Shown: piece after piece, positions 1 through 12,812 of the stretch | Numbering within the stretch: position 1 is the first letter of the stretch | How the letters are laid out: every line of letters begins with the position of its first letter | Source of the DNA: Podarcis muralis | Lineage: Eukaryota | Direction: 5' to 3' | DNA: 64,000 nucleotides | Assembly: GCF_964188315.1 (NCBI RefSeq) | Contig: NC_135655.1 | Span: 32,054,001-32,118,000 of the forward strand | Program-made: the position numbers and the translations under genes | The notes under the pieces: model-generated | What the model saw: the letters and a program-made list of their open reading frames with translations, nothing else | Told to the model about the DNA's origin: nothing | Database searches by the model: none

Positions 1-603
1 CACCCACATCATTGTCATCTCTCTCAAATCCTATTGCCAACACTATGGAACACCTGAGTTTACTGGACAACCACATCCCTGGTAATACCACTCTTATCAC
101 TGCGGTTGAATTGGAGCGTTTTGTCAGTCTTCGCTCACTCGCCTTGGATTTCTGTGATTTTACAGCAGAAATGGCAAGAGTCCTGGCTGATAGTAACCAT
201 GTGCCTTTGCATCGACTGTCTCTTCTGGTCCACAATATTTCCGTAATGCACAAGTCCCTGGAAAATATGCCAGAAGACGAAGACTGGAAGGCACTGACAC
301 GCAACAGCACTAATCTTCGGGTCTATATAATGGCTTTTGATATCAAGAGCGATGACATGCTAAGGATTCTTAAACCCAGTATCCCACTGGAGAGGATTCA
401 CTTCGACAGCTACATCACTTGCGTTTCAGGAGCTGTTGTTGATCTCATATCTAGGCAGTATGATAAGTTCCTCACTCATTTCATACTAATGAATGATGTG
501 ATAGATATGTCTGGCTTCCCAGATCTCAGCGACAACCGAACCGAAGACCCATTGGTTTTATTGGCCTGGAGGTGCACAAGGCTCTCTCTTCTGGCAGTGC
601 ATG
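1..603 (+). CDS. FBXO33: F-box protein 33, penultimate coding exon (5' part outside window)
   Basis: Open frame from base 3 (PTSLSSLSNPIANTMEHLSLLDNHIPGN...DPLVLLAWRCTRLSLLAVH) matches FBXO33 as I recall it; phase-1 donor G|gtaggc at 603/604. Confidence 0.95.
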
Positions 604-1349
604 GTAGGCAATTACATAGGGGCAAAACACTGCTAGTTTAGAAACCTACACATTCATATGGGTATGGGTATGCCCTAGAGATTTCCCACTCAAGTATTTT
701 TCTCCAGGTTTTGGGAGAATTCCCAAAGTGTTGGGTGTTGGGGCAGGGAATAAATTGTGCTTTGGCTTCAGGCTAGGATACGCTGTGCATTATCAACATG
801 ATTATATGGTGGGAAACTGTTACTACCTTCAGAACACAAGACTCACAGTTGCCAAAAAACAACAACCCAACAACCCTTAATTGGTAGGAAAATAAGTTCC
901 TGCACTGTTGGATTGTCCTCACTTTAGTCAGGCATTACTGGCTTCCCCGTCAAAGTTGTATTACACCCGACATATTTTACGATTATTGGCTCCTTTAACG
1001 CAAGCCTTTATGCTACATACATACCATGCTGCAAAACTACCAAGAAATACCATGAGACATTTCCTTACACAGCTACCCAGAATTATTGGGGAAGGAAAAA
1101 CAGGCAGCTCTGCAAAAATTAAATACAAAAAGAAGCAGCAGCAATATTCACTTTTTTAATTAACCGAGTAAGTAAACTGACCAATTACTGGGGTGATTTC
1201 TTGAAAAGAACCTCATTAGGAAAATTGCTAAATAGGGAGACGTTAGCTGTGAGGCTGTAAAATATTAAATTACCTTTGGGGTAGGGTGGGGAGGGAGAGG
1301 GAAGAAAGACAAAGTCCTAAAAATTAGTAATTGCTTTTTTGTGTTTCAG

Positions 1350-1621
1350 GTTATACTGTTTGGGCTCACAACCTGATTGCCATTGCTCGTCTTCGTGGCT
1401 CTGATTTGAAAGTGCTTGAAGTCACAGAAGAAAGCATTGATTTTGACCAAGGTGAATTGGCCGATCAAGATGTGGATCCGGTGCACAATCTCATTGAGCA
1501 GGTATCCCTTGGATTGGGCCGACCTTGGCACGCAGTCATGGACATAGAATTACTCAGTGTCTTTACTGAGCCAACTCGTCATTTTTACAGAGAAATGCAA
1601 AGCTTCAGTGAAGGCATTTAG
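1350..1621 (+). CDS. FBXO33: F-box protein 33, last coding exon
   Basis: Acceptor tttttgtgtttcag|GT, phase-compatible; GYTVWAHNLIAIARLRGSDLKVLEV...EMQSFSEGI, TAG 1619-1621. Confidence 0.95.
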
Positions 1622-2550
1622 TTCTCTTTATTTACAGTTCCTGTGGTTACATATGCAAGTAGGGTCCTATTATGTTTTTCAGTAGTGTGAATTAACCCCT
1701 CTTGTGCTGTGTTTAATCAGTATTAGCTATATAGAATTATGTATGTATATTCTACTTCTTGATCAAAGAACGTAGTCGGGTATTGGTTTAGAAGCTGAAA
1801 GTGGCAACGTTTAGGGCTTTCACGGTTAATGGACTTGTCTACAAAAAAAAAAAAAAGGAAAAAAAGCAAAACTCAGATGTGGCTGAAGGTTGTCTGAGGT
1901 TGCCGGCTAACTTTCTTTTTGTACTGAGTAACTCTGCAACTTCACTGATTTTACTATTGTCGGAGTTTTTGTGCTCAGGAGCCAAAAATCTTTTTACTAT
2001 CCATAGCCCAGTGGTTTTGAATGCAGTCATTGTCATGTAAACTAGTAGCATGCTACTTAAAGCTTTTTTTTTTTTTTTTTAAAGAGAGAAAAATCAGGAC
2101 TATCCAATACCATTTACTGTAAACCTTTGCTTTGATTTCATGTACAATATCTGGAGCATGAAATATTGCCACTCTGCAATCTCCTCCTTAAATATGAAGC
2201 AGTTGTCTCTTGCACAGTATAGCTTCTTCAGATGCTTACCTGACTCTGAAAGCTATCAATCGTAGTTTCATTGTAAAATTAATTGTAGCTTCTTTTTCTT
2301 GTGGTCTGTCAGCTTCTCCGTACAAGTTAGCTTTGGGCCCAGATTTAAAAAGAAACGTCAAGTCTCTACACTCCGATGGGGTAAAACCATAATGATTTAA
2401 AGATATAAATTTAAGTCTACTTTGCTTGCAAACAAACATTAGTCGTGAAATCCCTAGCAACTAAGTCACTGGATTTTCTCTGTCAGCGCCTGTGTCAGCT
2501 GCCAAAGAATAGATTTAAAACGAAGAAGTGCCCACATGCTGGCAGGGACA

Positions 2551-2718
2551 NNNNNNNNNNNNNNNNNNNNNNNNNNNNNNNNNNNNNNNNNNNNNNNNNN
2601 NNNNNNNNNNNNNNNNNNNNNNNNNNNNNNNNNNNNNNNNNNNNNNNNNNNNNNNNNNNNNNNNNNNNNNNNNNNNNNNNNNNNNNNNNNNNNNNNNNNN
2701 NNNNNNNNNNNNNNNNNN
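2551..2718. other. Assembly gap (N run) in FBXO33 3' UTR region
   Basis: 168 N. Confidence 1.
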
Positions 2719-2818
2719 TACAAACCTTGTTCTATCACAGGTATGAGCTGCTATGATGCATGAAGAACATTCCATGAAGTATGTTTTAAAATCTTGTTAT
2801 ATCTGAGAGGCTTTAAAA

Positions 2819-3190
2819 NNNNNNNNNNNNNNNNNNNNNNNNNNNNNNNNNNNNNNNNNNNNNNNNNNNNNNNNNNNNNNNNNNNNNNNNNNNNNNNNNN
2901 NNNNNNNNNNNNNNNNNNNNNNNNNNNNNNNNNNNNNNNNNNNNNNNNNNNNNNNNNNNNNNNNNNNNNNNNNNNNNNNNNNNNNNNNNNNNNNNNNNNN
3001 NNNNNNNNNNNNNNNNNNNNNNNNNNNNNNNNNNNNNNNNNNNNNNNNNNNNNNNNNNNNNNNNNNNNNNNNNNNNNNNNNNNNNNNNNNNNNNNNNNNN
3101 NNNNNNNNNNNNNNNNNNNNNNNNNNNNNNNNNNNNNNNNNNNNNNNNNNNNNNNNNNNNNNNNNNNNNNNNNNNNNNNNNNNNNNNNNN
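2819..3190. other. Assembly gap (N run) in FBXO33 3' UTR region
   Basis: 372 N. Confidence 1.
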
Positions 3191-3351
3191 GGCACAGTGT
3201 GTGTGAATGCCAGATGTGGTGAGATTTTATCTTATAAATGTGATCAGACTAAAGTATCTCCTGACAGAAATTGTAAGGAAACCAGCTGAGTGTTTGACTT
3301 GATGACTGATGTTGTATGGTTTATGTTAAATGTATATTCTTTTAATCAATG

Positions 3352-3357
3352 AATAAA
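3352..3357 (+). terminator. Likely FBXO33 polyadenylation signal
   Basis: AATAAA after a long AU-rich 3' UTR. Confidence 0.65.
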
Positions 3358-5689
3358 GCATTAAAATTGATCATGGAAAAATATTTTATTATATCAGCAT
3401 GGTAGTTTTAGCACTGAACAAATCACACTTTTCGTTGAAAACTATCTTGCTTGTTTCCACTGTTTAAATCCAGAAAGCCTTGAGTTCTGAAGTAAGTCAG
3501 ACATTTATTTGGCTAATGCTTTATGAACAATTTTTTTTAGGAAACCAAGCTAAGTAGAAGACCGGACCAGCTATCATAATTTGATATTGTTTGCTTAAAC
3601 TGGCAGAATAAATCTTTAAAAGTGTAGAATATGGAACGCCCAAATCCCTCCCGTAGCAAATGCTTATATCAAAATTGAATGTGTTCTAAAACAGCAACAA
3701 CTGTGTAGTACTTATATCCATGTCCCACTATTAAATAGACTGTGAACACTTACCATGCCTTTGGCTTTACATGTTATCTATTTATTCTTATTGCTCTACT
3801 TTCTGGGTGACTATACGGTAGATGGACAAACAGCAGCTTGTTCTGTGTGATAAAATTACATTTCCCCCCTTGAAATCTGTTACTAGTTCCTTCATGTTAT
3901 ACAGTTCAACACAACACACACACAGGGGTGGCTAATGTGGTATCTTCCCATAACAACTGACATCAACCCTGAACATGGGGCAGGCATCCTGGGTGGGACT
4001 GATGGGAGCTGTAGTTCAGTAACTGATGAGCCACAGGTTTGCAATCCCTGCACCTAGGATACAACCCAGCAAAAGCTAAGTGTTTGTACATACCCTTGAT
4101 ATCAGTACAAGAGTCAACCACACACTTAACTGCTCTTGTGAGATCAACTTAACTAAGGGGTTAACAGAGAGTTACAAGCAAACACATGGATCTGAGAACT
4201 GGATCCTGTCTTTGAACTCCGCAGAAGGAAAACCTACTTGGAGAGTGACTAGGAATGGGCAATCAGCCACTTCCAGCTGCTTCTGCACACTAAAATTCCC
4301 CTGCCTTCCAAAGCAGCTTTTCTTTGCTTTGGGACCTCAGCTATGCATGTGTAATGTGTAGCTAACCCTTCAAAATGTTTGACTTGTGGGCCACATGGCA
4401 TAGGTAGATCATGATGTTAGAAGTAAATTAGCACTTACCTGTATTGGCAACTGGCAGAACCAGCTTCCCTTGAAGTTTTTCATTCTTAATGGTTAATGAA
4501 TGGTCCCTAAGCCTATGTAACTTGCAGAAAAGTATGGAAATGTGCAAGTTGAAGCAAAGATGTTCTAATAGCCTGCTTTTGGTGCAACACAGGAAAAACC
4601 CCACTAAAGCTGTTAACCAGCTGTGGTGTCTGAGGCAGGTGCACTTGTAACACATGGATGAGGGGAGGGAAAGTCAAATTGTGAGATATTGAATGCAAGG
4701 CACCTTGCAAAGAGTTGTATTCAATCAAATCCTACTTGAGTTCATTAAGTTAAGCATGTCCATTAACTTCAGTGAGAGTAGAACTACTGTTGAGTACTAT
4801 CTAATCTTTCAAATAGTGGACGAGAAACGAAAAACAGCAATTAAGACTTCAGCATACACCATCCTTTCAACAAAAACACAATGTCTTCAGTGTCCATTTA
4901 AAAGCCAAGACAGACAGAGCCACTTGCACCTCATAATGAAGAGAACTCTAAAAGTGTGAAACGACCCAAAGGTTCCAGGATAGATTCAGTATTGAAATTG
5001 GTTAAAAGAATTTATAATCGGAATAGTAGGATAGATCATAACATACATATCTCTGGTGTCAAAAGACCAGCATACCCAGGTGCATCTTCAGCATATTGGA
5101 AATGAAGGTACTACATGCACCTCTCTGGGGAGGGAATTCCACAGGAAACGGGCTGCCACCTGCCAAACAATGCTACCAGGAGGACCCCCTCATGCAAGAG
5201 GTCTGTAGGGCAGTCTTTCAGGTATTTGGAACCCAAATAGTTTAAGACTAATCAACACTAATGACATTGGCATCCATCCGTCTCTCAACAATGAGTGCAG
5301 TTCCAAGGGGTGAAGTCAAACCACAGCATTAGCAACACAGAAATTACCTCCCCAGGGCACAAGCCTAGGCAGTGTGTATGAAGGTCCTGGGCTATCCAAG
5401 CGACAAGACCCTCCCTTTGGCTTTGCTGATGTGGTCCAAAAAAACAGAAATAGGTTTGGCCCTAACGTGGCTGCACAAGTTGATGGAAGGAAGCAGACAA
5501 GACGCCATCCAACCATCTGGATTTGTGTAGGGTTTACTCCTTAGCCTTTTCCTCACCCAAAGATGTCACACAAGGCAGTAGAGGTTTAGGGTCGATGTTT
5601 TCTCCATGGGTTTACCCACGCAGGTTGATGAGCCCTATCTGCCCCTGACTTCCCAATACACTAATGTGGGCACCTTGAATCGGGCCTAG

Positions 5690-5900
5690 AAGCTAGCAAC
5701 CAGGGCAGCTTTTGTAGAACATAGCCTCACGTTGCAATAATCTGATCTGGAAGAGACCAGAGGATGGAGTAGTGGCCAAGTAATCTCTGTCAAAGGGTCT
5801 TAACTGGCAAACCAGCTGAAGCTGGAAAAAGGCACTCCTCCTAACTACCAAAGCCATCTGAGTCTTCAGTGACAGTGCTGGATCCAGGAACGCTGCCACC
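5690..5900 (-). mobile_element. L2 LINE ORF2 fragment, degenerate
   Basis: Translation FLDPALSLKTQMALVVRRSAFFQLQLVCQLRPFDRDYLAT resembles the L2 region C-terminal to RT. Confidence 0.7.
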
Positions 5901-6028
5901 CCTGCTCAAAGGACAGACCTGCTTTTCCCAGGTGAGTGCAACCCCATCTATAACAGGCCACCTCCCTACCTAATACCTGTGAATTCAGACCAATAGCAGT
6001 GGCTACGTAGGAGGTGTAACTTCTAAAG

Positions 6029-6164
6029 CAGGGTCTCCCAAACGTTGGTCTCCAGCTGTTCTTGGCCTACAACTCCCATCATCCCTAGCTAGCAGGACTA
6101 GTAGTCCAGGATGATGGGAACCCTAGTCCAAAAACAGCTGGAGACCCAAGTTTGGGAAACCCTG
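6029..6164. mobile_element. Palindromic hAT MITE
   Basis: TIRs cagggtctcccaaac / gtttgggaaaccctg; 8-bp TSD ttctaaag / ttctaaac. Confidence 0.85.
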
Positions 6165-6419
6165 TTCTAAACCCATGTGCTCTACCCTTAGAAAACAAAA
6201 AAACAGAGATACTTGTTTCACTGAAGAGTCAAAATACCAACAATTATTAAATCCATTTAATTTTTTTCACATTGCCTTTTGTTACAAGTATTCTCTTCAC
6301 ATGCAATTATTTTCTATGAGACCAAAACAACGGGAGAGTTCTTACATGGTACAAATTTTTACATCTCCTAGATATGCAAATTAAAAATAATTTAGTTACT
6401 GCTGTACAATGAAAATCCA

Positions 6420-6425
6420 TTTATT
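6420..6425 (-). terminator. Likely MIA2/cTAGE5 polyadenylation signal
   Basis: AATAAA on - strand about 150 nt after the stop codon. Confidence 0.6.
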
Positions 6426-6577
6426 CACAGTTAGACCATTATTTACAGGGCACTCTCCTGAGAATTATCCTATTAAGCTTCAATTTGAGCAATAATACAG
6501 TCAGTTAAGTAACAATAGCTACTTAACAGCAAATTACTGAGTTGAGAGGAAAAGGATAGAGCTAGTTCAAAATAGAG

Positions 6578-6741
6578 TCAAGTTTCTTGTTGTGATTCTT
6601 GAGGAGTTGCAGAAGATGCAGTTGACGGATGTGTTAACTCAGCAGGCATTTCATTTCTGCTCTCAGGTGGCAGTGGTGGAAAAAACCCAGCCCTTGGAGG
6701 CGGGTATTGAGAATAAGGCCTCACGGGAAATGGACCTCTCA
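6578..6741 (-). CDS. MIA2: MIA2/cTAGE5 exon 29 (last; proline-rich domain)
   Basis: ctctttgaacag|TG; (M)RGPFPVRPYSQYPPPRAGFFPPLPP...PQESQQET, TGA 6580-6578; 164 nt. Confidence 0.93.
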
Positions 6742-8222
6742 CTGTTCAAAGAGAATGATCAAAACCCGTTTGGGTTAGTATTCAGAATGCAGCTACTTTC
6801 TTACAGATTTGACACTGAATACTCACAAACACGCACACATTAAAATCAACAGTAGCCGTAACCCATAAGCAAGAATAAAGGAAGACATTAGAAAGCTCAA
6901 CAATACAAGTTCATGATGCCTATAACCATGGAAGATGTTTGCCTTCCATGGTGAAGGCAAATGTTAACAGTTAATACTTAAATAATGCCCATTGAGGTAT
7001 CCAGGAGCATCCATGTGCAAGTGGGACAGAATTTTCCTTGTACAACAGGATTCTCCTCACCTCTGCAGGCCCCACATGTGCCCAACACTTGCTTGGAAGC
7101 ATAGAGGGAACTCAGGGAAGGGAGCTGCAGGAGGAGAAAAAGAGGGGGAAGTCCTGTTGTGTAAGGGAAATGTTGCTCATGTGATGTGGGGTTCAACGAC
7201 TATCTGTTGCCATGGCCAACTTCATAAGAGAAGCTATGGCATCTAGACTGCCTAACTCACGGGCCCCTTTGCCGTGGAAGCTTCCGCTAGCACTGGTCTC
7301 TTCATCTGACAAGAGAAGTAGAGTAGCACTTGGTGCAGAGAATTTCCAAATTTATTTATTCTACAAAATGTATATCCTGCCCTTCTTAACACATCTGCAT
7401 CATTCAGAGTGGTTTACAATTAACCGGGAATGAAAACCGGCTCGGATGCTAGGAGCATTCTAAAATGAAAGTCAACCTTATAGAAATAATTTGTCCAGCA
7501 GCAACCATATAATAAAACTGGTTGTTGTTTCAACCCAATGTTTTAATCAATCATCACAAAGCAGTTAAGAGGGCCCAAACGGGCCTCACCAGGTAGGGTA
7601 TTTTAAAACCTGGGTGCAGCTGCTGAGAAAGGCTTGTTAGGTTTTCTAACAATAGCTTACGAGGTAAAGTTTAATCATATCTTCCACTAAAAGTAGTTAT
7701 TAATTCCCTTAACGCAGCTTTGAACTTGGGAAAATGTCCATTAAAAGTTATTGAGCACCATCAGCAAGTTAGCAAGACCCGTTCAGGCATTCACCTCCAA
7801 CATAAAAAAGAGATTTCCCCAACCTGATGCCTTCCAGGTATCTAGAGAGGACCAGAGTTGTATATGCTAGCCTCTTCTTCCACCTCTCTACTAGCTGCAG
7901 AACTTTACAGACTGAGTGGGAAGGTCTGGAGGGGGAATCTTCATGTACTCAGCTGATTGCAGATTCCCGTCCACATGGAGGAGTCTATGTGAAGAGTCTT
8001 CCTTCCTACCTTCCCACTCCATGAAGCTGATGGGAACAGAGACACTGGGAGCAGGTTTCCTCTCTCGACTAACTTAAGCCCATTAATTTCAGTGGAACTT
8101 GGGTGCAATTCATTTTTCCTGGGTTGTGCCTCAAGTTATTGCGGTTTCCAAACGTTTCCCCGTGAAATGCATTTCATTATTTATTTTAGGGGGGAAATAA
8201 TGTAAGAGCAGCAAGAACCTAC

Positions 8223-8451
8223 TTGGCATAAGAGGACGTGGCAGACCAGCAAAATCCCTTGGGAAATATTCTCGAGGTCCATATCCGCTAGGAGGCACTG
8301 GTGGAAAGGGAGGGCCTCTTCTCATGAAAGGCCCCCTTGGGTCCATTGGCATTAGAGGAGCTCGCAGTAAGGGCAGTGGCGGCGGCACAATTCCAGGCCC
8401 AAAGCCTCCATTGTCAGGTGCATGAGACTGATCCGAGGCATTGAGCGTATT
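8223..8451 (-). CDS. MIA2: MIA2/cTAGE5 exon 28 (proline-rich)
   Basis: ttcctcgcag|AAT; NTLNASDQ...RGPFMRRGPPFPPVPP...PLMP; A|gtaggt; 229 nt. Confidence 0.93.
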
Positions 8452-8975
8452 CTGCGAGGAAAGGGAAGTGGGCAAGTTAAGATTTAGAAAGAAGCTCGTG
8501 CCGCTTTTTCAAGCCACTGAGAAACTTGTCAAAGCACGTAAGCCCGAAAAGAAGCTATGATTTACAAGCTCCAAAGAGGGCAGATCAAAGCAGAAGCCCA
8601 ATCCAAATCAGGAATGTGGGCTAACAGGACTGAGATGGAGCCAAACTCAAAGGCTACAAGTAGGAAGTTCATTAAAGCAAGACACAACATCACCCCTGTG
8701 CTGAAAAGCTAGTCCACTCATTTCCAACTACCTTTCTTTTCGGTCCTTTCATCTTTCTTGCTCTTGCAGGTTGTAAATAAATTCAGTCGTGAAACTATTA
8801 TTTTAGCTAACATGTCTTCAGTAATTGAAAATGCCCACAAGGTAATAAATAATGCTGCAGCAAAATACATGCTGTGTAAAATCAATTTAAAGAACTGTCA
8901 AATTCAGCAGAAACTTGGCAAACCTTTTTCGCACCAAATGAAATTGATCTTCTCAGTCTTTTGTCTGTTACTTAC

Positions 8976-9049
8976 ACTGTCATTGGGATGATCTCTTATT
9001 CCATTTCCACTTAAGTCTGTTCCTGAGTTATTCTCAGATGCTTGTCCAT
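8976..9049 (-). CDS. MIA2: MIA2/cTAGE5 exon 27
   Basis: cacttccag|AT; DGQASENNSGTDLSGNGIRDHPNDS; |gtaagt; 74 nt. Confidence 0.88.
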
Positions 9050-9877
9050 CTGGAAGTGGGGGGAAATAGCCAACAAGCACTTTAGCATTAAGTAGTCCCA
9101 AAACAGCTTTCCTCCAAAGAACAGATGGGTGTGGAAATGTATGTTTTTGCACATTTACTAAACAGAGGTGTTGACTGTATTGATACTTTTGTGCCCTTCA
9201 AAAAACAAAACAAATAGTGCCATTCCCGCTCACAACCAGTTTGAACTATTGTTTTTCCTACTGAAGTTAAATAAATGACAAGGCTGCTGTATAGATTTAC
9301 TAGACGATCATTTCAGGGAAGAAAATTTATCTTTTCAAAACAACCAGTGTGTAAACACCAAAGGCATTGTTTAAACGCTGTGCTGGTTGTAGAGAACAAG
9401 GTCTGTTTCAAAGTCTAAATCAATGTTTTACTGATCTTGGGTCAAATGTCTTAGATGAAAGGCTTTTTGCTTTCAGCATGAATTCAGGTTATTCCTTCCC
9501 ACATGTGACCACAGATGCTGAATGGAGATAAAGGAATGATGTGACTTATGGTAAGCAAAGCATAGCTGTCCAGTTAACACAGAGAAAGTGCAGAAGTTTC
9601 TTAAACTTTATTGCTGCCTCTTTTTTTTTTTTTTTTTGTATCACAAACATGGATTACTGCTTGGTATTACAAACAGCAAAGAACATTAATTTCAAAATAC
9701 CAAAGTCATTACTGGCATTCTTTGATATGCTACGAACAAGAGAACAGAAAGTGCTCTGAGTGTTTGGATTTCAAGCTCTTTGGGCTTTAGTTCTGAGCAG
9801 AAAAGGATTATTTACTGCTGCAGCCAAATTTGGTAATGAACTCCTTTATTTGGGCACTAAAAGAAAGCAGTTCCTAC

Positions 9878-10006
9878 CTGCTTTATCAAATGAAGGCATG
9901 CTATAACTTCTTAGTTCTGCTGGTCCTGAAAGTCTTCCTGAGTTTGGATGACTGGGATAAAATCTTTCTGGTCTTCGAGGAAGAGATTGCTCATTATACA
10001 GCTGAC
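9878..10006 (-). CDS. MIA2: MIA2/cTAGE5 exon 26
   Basis: [43 protein letters not shown]; G|gtagga; 129 nt. Confidence 0.92.
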
Positions 10007-10400
10007 CTACCATTCAATAAAAAAGTGCAATTTATTCAGTAGATTTTATTAGAATCACTCAATGATGGCTTATCAACAACTTATATCTTCTATTCCTTGT
10101 GTTATGGAATATGCAAACTAAAGGACATGGGGCGATAGCTAGCTAAACCTAGTAGCTGATGGAAATCTCACATCTATCCCATTTACCAAGGTCGATCAAC
10201 TATACAATATGGTCTTGGAATCTTTAAGCAGTTATCAGACTCATATATATCATACGTATGCTGCTATCCCTTAGGTACAACATCAAACACTTGAACCTAA
10301 AAAGCCCTGTTACAGATAGATAGCCGTGTTGGTCTGCCATAGTCAAAACAAAAAAAAATCCTTCCAGTAGCACCTTAAAGACCAACTAAGTTAGTTCTTG

Positions 10401-10438
10401 GTATGAGCTTTCGTGTGCATGCACACTTCTTCAGATAC
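10401..10438 (-). ncRNA. Minimal type I hammerhead ribozyme motif (Penelope pLTR), sense to MIA2
   Basis: GUAU-CUGAAGA-A-GUGUGCAUGCACAC-GAAA-GC-UC-AUAC: full core, helix I GUAU/AUAC, palindromic helices II and III. Confidence 0.7.
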
Positions 10439-10846
10439 ACTGAAACAGAAGTTGCCAGATCCTTCTATATAGTGAGAAGGTGGGGAGGGGTATTACTCAG
10501 AAGGGTGGTGGGAATGGGTGATTGGCAGATAGCTGTGATGAGCCTGTTGACGACTCTTAACGACTGCAATAGATCTTACAGGAAATTGCAACTCATTACC
10601 AAACTTAAAACCATGGAGAGACCTGGTCTGAACAAAGACATTGGATTCTTATCTCATTATACATGACAAAGCCATTTTTCACCTTCTCACCCCTTGCTTT
10701 TTCCTGTAAGACCTATTGCAGTCGTTAAGAGGAGTCAACAGGCTCATCACAGCTATCTGCCAATCACCCATTCTCACCACCCTTCTGAGTAATACCCCTC
10801 CCCACCTTCTCACTATATAGAAGGATCTGGCAACTTCTGTTTCAGT

Positions 10847-10884
10847 GTATCTGAAGAAGTGTGCATGCACACGAAAGCTCATAC
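10847..10884 (+). ncRNA. Minimal type I hammerhead ribozyme motif (Penelope pLTR)
   Basis: gtat ctgaaga a gtgtgcatgcacac gaaa gc tc atac; predicted cleavage after C10880. Confidence 0.7.
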
Positions 10885-11075
10885 CAAGAACTAACTTAGT
10901 TGGTCTTTAAGGTGCTACTGGAAGGAATTTTTTTTGTTTTGACTAAAAAGCCCTGGCAATGATCCCTCCAGAGGTCACAGCACAGTTCAAAACAAAAGGG
11001 AGCTCAGCAGTATTTCATTTTGTAATTGCCATTAAAATAGAAAATGTCCAAGAATGATGGGCTGTGTTTAGTTAC

Positions 11076-11234
11076 CTGGAGGCGGGGGCATTATCCTGTG
11101 ATCTCTATCCCATGGAGGTGACAAAGATCCAGTGTCAGAAGGTGGTCTGTGGGGATCAGATAACCTGTCAGAATGCAACTCTCCTCTTTCATTACTAACT
11201 TCATACATGCCAGCATTCCCCGGTCCTCTTGATC
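11076..11234 (-). CDS. MIA2: MIA2/cTAGE5 exon 25
   Basis: [19 protein letters not shown]...[27 protein letters not shown]; G|gtaact; 159 nt. Confidence 0.93.
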
Positions 11235-12680
11235 CTAATTGAACAAGTTACAATGGATTCAGTCACTTGAGACATCCGTCATTGCAGTTTTCACCGAGTA
11301 CCAAACCACGAGATCCCAACACATTGAAAGGTGGTAGAATAACACACATGGCTCCCTTGGTGAATTTCAGTCTTGTGCTCTTTTTCCAGGAGGGGTGCAA
11401 CTGTTCAGTCAGTCAAAAGTACAGTAAATACTCAGAGACAGCTGCTTTGAAAGAGGGTGGAAGGAACCCTGAAACAAAGTCTACATTATATTCTGATTCC
11501 TCTCACTGGGCAAAGGGAGGAAAAAGAATGTTAGAAGTCTTTTCATCAACCTCATCAGTGTTGGCAACATCTTGGCAGAGATTCCTCCTCCCTCAGAGCC
11601 CAATTCTGCTTCCTCTTCCCCAAGCAATTTGATCAAACCCATCAAATGCAACGTTCTCCCCTCTCTTAAATCTCTAATATTTAAAGTAAGAAGACAGCTG
11701 GAAAAGATTAGAGAATTTTTTTCCCATTTAGAAGAATAAATGAGAAAACACGCTTTAAACCAGTAGGGCAATATTTTGAACTACTGTACATTAAAGCGTT
11801 TTCATTTCTAATTATTCAAGCTGTTGAGAAGCTTTTAAGGTCTGACTCACTCTGTGGCTCATAAGTACTGATTTATGTTGGTCTATCACCTATTTTGTTA
11901 TACTTGTACTGGCTCTGAGTTTATCTGAGTATAGTTGCACTTTCAAGTCAGCAAATTGACATATTTCCTCCATCCTCTCCAACAAAAGCCAGAACAAAAA
12001 GAAACAGCTCCTGAGATTATTCACCACATGCTGTCAATACATATCAGTTAAAAACAAAATTATTTTGTTTTTTTCTGTTGAGATCAACAGCCTAAAATAC
12101 AAATAGACTCAAATATTCTTGCTACAATGATATAAAAGGCCTACTCTTTCAAACTCCCTTTCTTGAATCTGAAAGATTCACTTTTAGTAGCTAGATGGAT
12201 GAGCAGTGTTGGTTTAAAAAATTAAGAGTAAAGTAGGTGTTTTTTTAAAGCTTTTATTCTGTTTTTGTTTTGCGTTGGACACCCATCTACTGTAATGAGC
12301 TGCAGAAACTAGGGGAAATAGACTGTTCCACAAATGGATGGACAGCACTAGGGGAAGCACAGATAGTTTCATGATATTCACAAAAAGCACTAGTAGGTGC
12401 TGTTAAGAATCCTTCCATGAGCAGAATACATCTTTCACATGTAAAAGAGCATTTTTAGATCCAACACACTGGTTTTTGGAACATAGAGTCATAATGGTAC
12501 TGTATACTTCTGCTTCCTGACCTGTATGCTAGAGTGCATTTATATGGATAATTTAAGCTTACTCTTAACCGGGTTCTTTTTAGTATACTTTTACAGATAG
12601 ATCCATTACCAAGAAAGGAGGGATAGACTAAGAGGAGAGAGAATCCATGAAAGTTAAGTTTTCAAATTTAAGAATTGTAC

Positions 12681-12812
12681 CTCTTCCTCCTCCACCACCT
12701 GGAAGCACAGGTGAAAATCTTAAGGGGCCCTCCAATAAGGTTGGAGGGGAAAGAAAAGCTCTTGTTTCAGATGAAGGTCTGCCCATTGGTGAGGGTCCAT
12801 ATGGGGAGTGCT
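12681..12812 (-). CDS. MIA2: MIA2/cTAGE5 exon 24
   Basis: [44 protein letters not shown]; 132 nt. Confidence 0.95.

Larger units (their letters stand above)
10310..10942 (+). mobile_element. 5'-truncated Penelope-like retroelement with inverted pseudo-LTR
   Basis: Remnant LQLITKLKTMERPGLNKDIGFLSHYT* (10586-10666) resembles a PLE GIY-YIG C-terminus; inverted arms 10340-10585 / 10700-10945; 13-bp TSD ctaaaaagccctg (10297-10309, 10943-10955). Confidence 0.85.

Noticed and set aside
2445-3222. ORFs spanning poly-X
   Set aside because: Artefacts of N gaps.
7480-7800. Homeodomain-site-rich segment that looks like a conserved non-coding element
   Set aside because: Impression only; cannot be supported without a multi-species alignment.
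10403-10882. Two nearly identical ORFs MSFRVHAHFFRY... on opposite strands
   Set aside because: By-product of the inverted Penelope pLTR arms; only 10586-10666 is a coding remnant.
11290-11700. Exon-like acidic, purine-rich stretch on - in intron 24
   Set aside because: Every frame has stops and I found no consistent splice pair; exons 24 and 25 already join in phase.
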